Origin: an uncultured Candidatus Saccharibacteria bacterium
GTDB taxonomy: Bacteria > Patescibacteriota > Minisyncoccia > Phycocordibacterales > JACOZG01
Length of the DNA: 64,000 nucleotides
Direction of reading: 5' to 3'
Assembly (NCBI GenBank): GCA_964648765.1
Contig: CAZYLF010000001.1
Span: forward strand, 357,797 to 421,796
The notes beneath the pieces are model-generated. The model was not told the origin of the DNA. It ran no database searches and saw only the letters and a list, made by a program, of their open reading frames with translations. Of this stretch, positions 62,429 to 64,000 are shown one piece after another. The stretch's first letter is position 1. Each line of letters begins with the position of its first letter. The position numbers and the translations under genes are program-made.

Positions 62429-63332
62429 TGAAAGGGATGATTAGGCTTCCATCGACGCCACCTGGCTATTTGCGTCTGTGGCAGTGCCTTTGACGCAATA
62501 GCACGCTGTTGATGAGCAGGAATTATTCGATGCGAGCGCGCCAGCATAGAGCGCCGTTGCCTTTGTGTCAAAGCGCGACGGTTGATAAATCGGATATCTC
62601 GATGCCGCTGTCTATACCGCCTGCGTTTGTTTGGTGACTTCCGCATGACGGTAGATTATGAGCCATGGACCGGTGGATCCCAGGATGCCAACTTTGTCTG
62701 CGCCGACAAGTTGCCTCGCCTTCATATGTTGCAAGTCCGAATTCAGAGGTCTGGTAGACGAGCATAACAAAAAGGGGGACCGCATCGCGGCCCCTCTGAA
62801 AGAGAACTCATCGGATTTAGCTACCGAGCTGTCAGCTCGCCGACGCGATTCCGAGCCAACCATGGAGGGAGCCGAATACCTCGAACTGGCAAATAACGTT
62901 CAACGGCTTTACGGTTTGGCGAATGACATGAAAAACGTGAATTAATGCAAATCACGACCTCGAACCGTGCGCTGATCGGAAAAAATGTTGTGGTTAAGCT
63001 CTCGAAACCGTTTGCGACCCTCGCCGAACACGCCGAATCAACAGAATGTGACCCTTATCGAGCCAGACCTCGAACTTTGGAAATAATCGCACGCTGGTTA
63101 CGCGACACACCCAAGGAGTCTCGGAAGCCTTTCGACCTCCTGCTCAATGCGAGCGCTGCGGAACGTGCATCAATTGCTGATTCGCAGCGTTCGTCCGCGC
63201 CGCCGGCATCGCTGGCTGCTTTCATGTGCCGCTTCGCACTGCCAGGAACCCGGCCTAGCCCAGATACTCACGCACCTCGCCGAATCTCTTTCGCCATACG
63301 GGCCGAAGTACCAATCGCTTGGCGCGGGGACA

Positions 63333-63677
63333 TCACGAGCGAAACGTGAGGTCAGATTTTGAAATGTCAACATCAAATATTCGGTGTGCTCCTCGTACCG
63401 GGATGGGAGCGATGGCTCCTATATGCGCCAGAACCAATGCGAAGGCCCCCTCATAAAACTTGCAGCGTGCTTCGGCCTCGTCAGCTTTGTTCATCGGCCG
63501 GCAATCAATTAGCTCTGCGACCGCAAGCGCAAATCCCGCTGGAGCAATCGGTGGGCTCTTTGAGGAAACGATGAGAAGCGGGCCGCGGTACGTTGTTGAC
63601 CACGTGCGGGTCTCAATCGTCTTCTGACCCGAGGCGACAAGATTTGCCCAAGGCTGCTTTAGTGAGATTGCCTTCAT
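63333..63677 (-). CDS. ASCH (PUA-like) domain protein, element cargo
   Basis: 114 aa. MKAISLKQPWANLVASGQKTIETRTW matches the ASCH N-terminal beta-barrel signature. ATGA overlap with an upstream partial ORF. Confidence 0.55.
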   Translation of the reverse strand: MKAISLKQPWANLVASGQKTIETRTWSTTYRGPLLIVSSKSPPIAPAGFALAVAELIDCRPMNKADEAEARCKFYEGAFALVLAHIGAIAPIPVRGAHRIFDVDISKSDLTFRS

Positions 63678-64000
63678 GTTGTCCGCTTAACCTGCCCAGT
63701 TGGCAATCCTAGGGTTTGCAGAGTTTGCCTCGTTGACTTGTCCTGAACAGTCTGAAGAAACGACCCAGCCCAATGTTTGATCATTCCAATCCAAGGAGCA
63801 TATGAATCAGTTTCATGGCCAAGTTGCCGCGCATCCGAGGGTGAAAAGTGGCCATGCGATAGCACGATCCCGGACATTTCGGCAACACCCGCCCCCTCGA
63901 CCCGGCGAGCAAATCGAACGAGCGCGCGAAAGTCGGCTTGCAGCGCGTTAGTAAGCGACGAAAGCGATCGAAAGGCGTCAAACGCATAATCGCGAGCTCG
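63674..64000 (-). CDS. hypothetical protein, N-terminal part outside the window (element cargo, coupled to the ASCH gene)
   Basis: An open reverse-strand frame runs from the window edge to the stop at 63674 (...GIVLSHGHFSPSDARQLGHETDSYAPWIGMIKHW...). Its stop overlaps the ASCH start. Confidence 0.3.
   Translation of the reverse strand, partial: RARDYAFDAFRSLSSLTNALQADFRALVRFARRVEGAGVAEMSGIVLSHGHFSPSDARQLGHETDSYAPWIGMIKHWAGSFLQTVQDKSTRQTLQTLGLPTGQVKRTT

Larger units (their letters stand above)
60959..64000. mobile_element. GC-rich integrated element (prophage or integrative island) inserted at the 3' end of tRNA-Val; distal boundary beyond the window
   Basis: Abrupt shift to roughly 60 percent GC right after the tRNA. 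An integrase reads toward the tRNA and overlaps its 3' half. Cargo includes an ASCH-domain gene. Host-type AT-rich sequence is on the left only. Confidence 0.55.

Noticed and set aside
62945-63349. 134-aa + ORF between the recombinase and the ASCH gene
   Set aside because: Ala/Arg/Ser/Pro-rich with no motif. It overlaps the ASCH gene start region. Kept only as an uncertainty flag, not as a feature.

Overview
This window looks like a reduced, AT-leaning bacterial chromosome. The compact translation-factor operon, the 10 interspersed tRNA genes, the short IF-2 and the multi-copy VirB2/TrbC-like pilin genes are reminiscent of Patescibacteria/CPR, but that placement is inference from architecture only. 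The backbone carries housekeeping genes: gyrA, infB-rbfA, cysteine desulfurase, sodA, clpB, an alpha-2-macroglobulin/pbpC pair, rpmG, miaA, parB, dprA-topA, serS, a peptidoglycan-remodelling cluster, dus, dnaX, a uvrC-like gene, a two-component pair, ddl and a pterin dehydratase.

The window is a compositional mosaic. Blocks with richer GC3 codon usage, their own sigma70-like promoters and strong hairpin terminators sit at tRNA 3' ends (9975-13860 next to a four-tRNA cluster; 57845-60880 after tRNA-Ala) or between conserved genes (17725-18660, 34910-36078, 38300-38670, 51380-52710). From 60959 to the window edge there is a GC-rich integrated element. It is inserted in the 3' end of tRNA-Val and encodes a large serine recombinase whose C-terminus is read antisense through the tRNA.

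The main candidates for undescribed biology are:
- a tandem array of seven diverged pilin-like two-helix membrane proteins (7499-9919) downstream of an orphan membrane-anchored solute-binding-like protein;
- small Cys-knuckle proteins scattered across the window that share a recurrent promoter/operator plus leader module;
- a two-gene translationally coupled cassette wedged between dus and dnaX;
- a membrane-anchored ClpB-like ATPase with a dead D1 domain inside a peptidoglycan-enzyme cluster;
- two Sm-fold paralogs;
- the tRNA-anchored islets.

The ORF track misses rpmG (52 aa) and the truncated reverse-strand gene at 1-690. All homology calls come from reading motifs by eye; no database search was possible.
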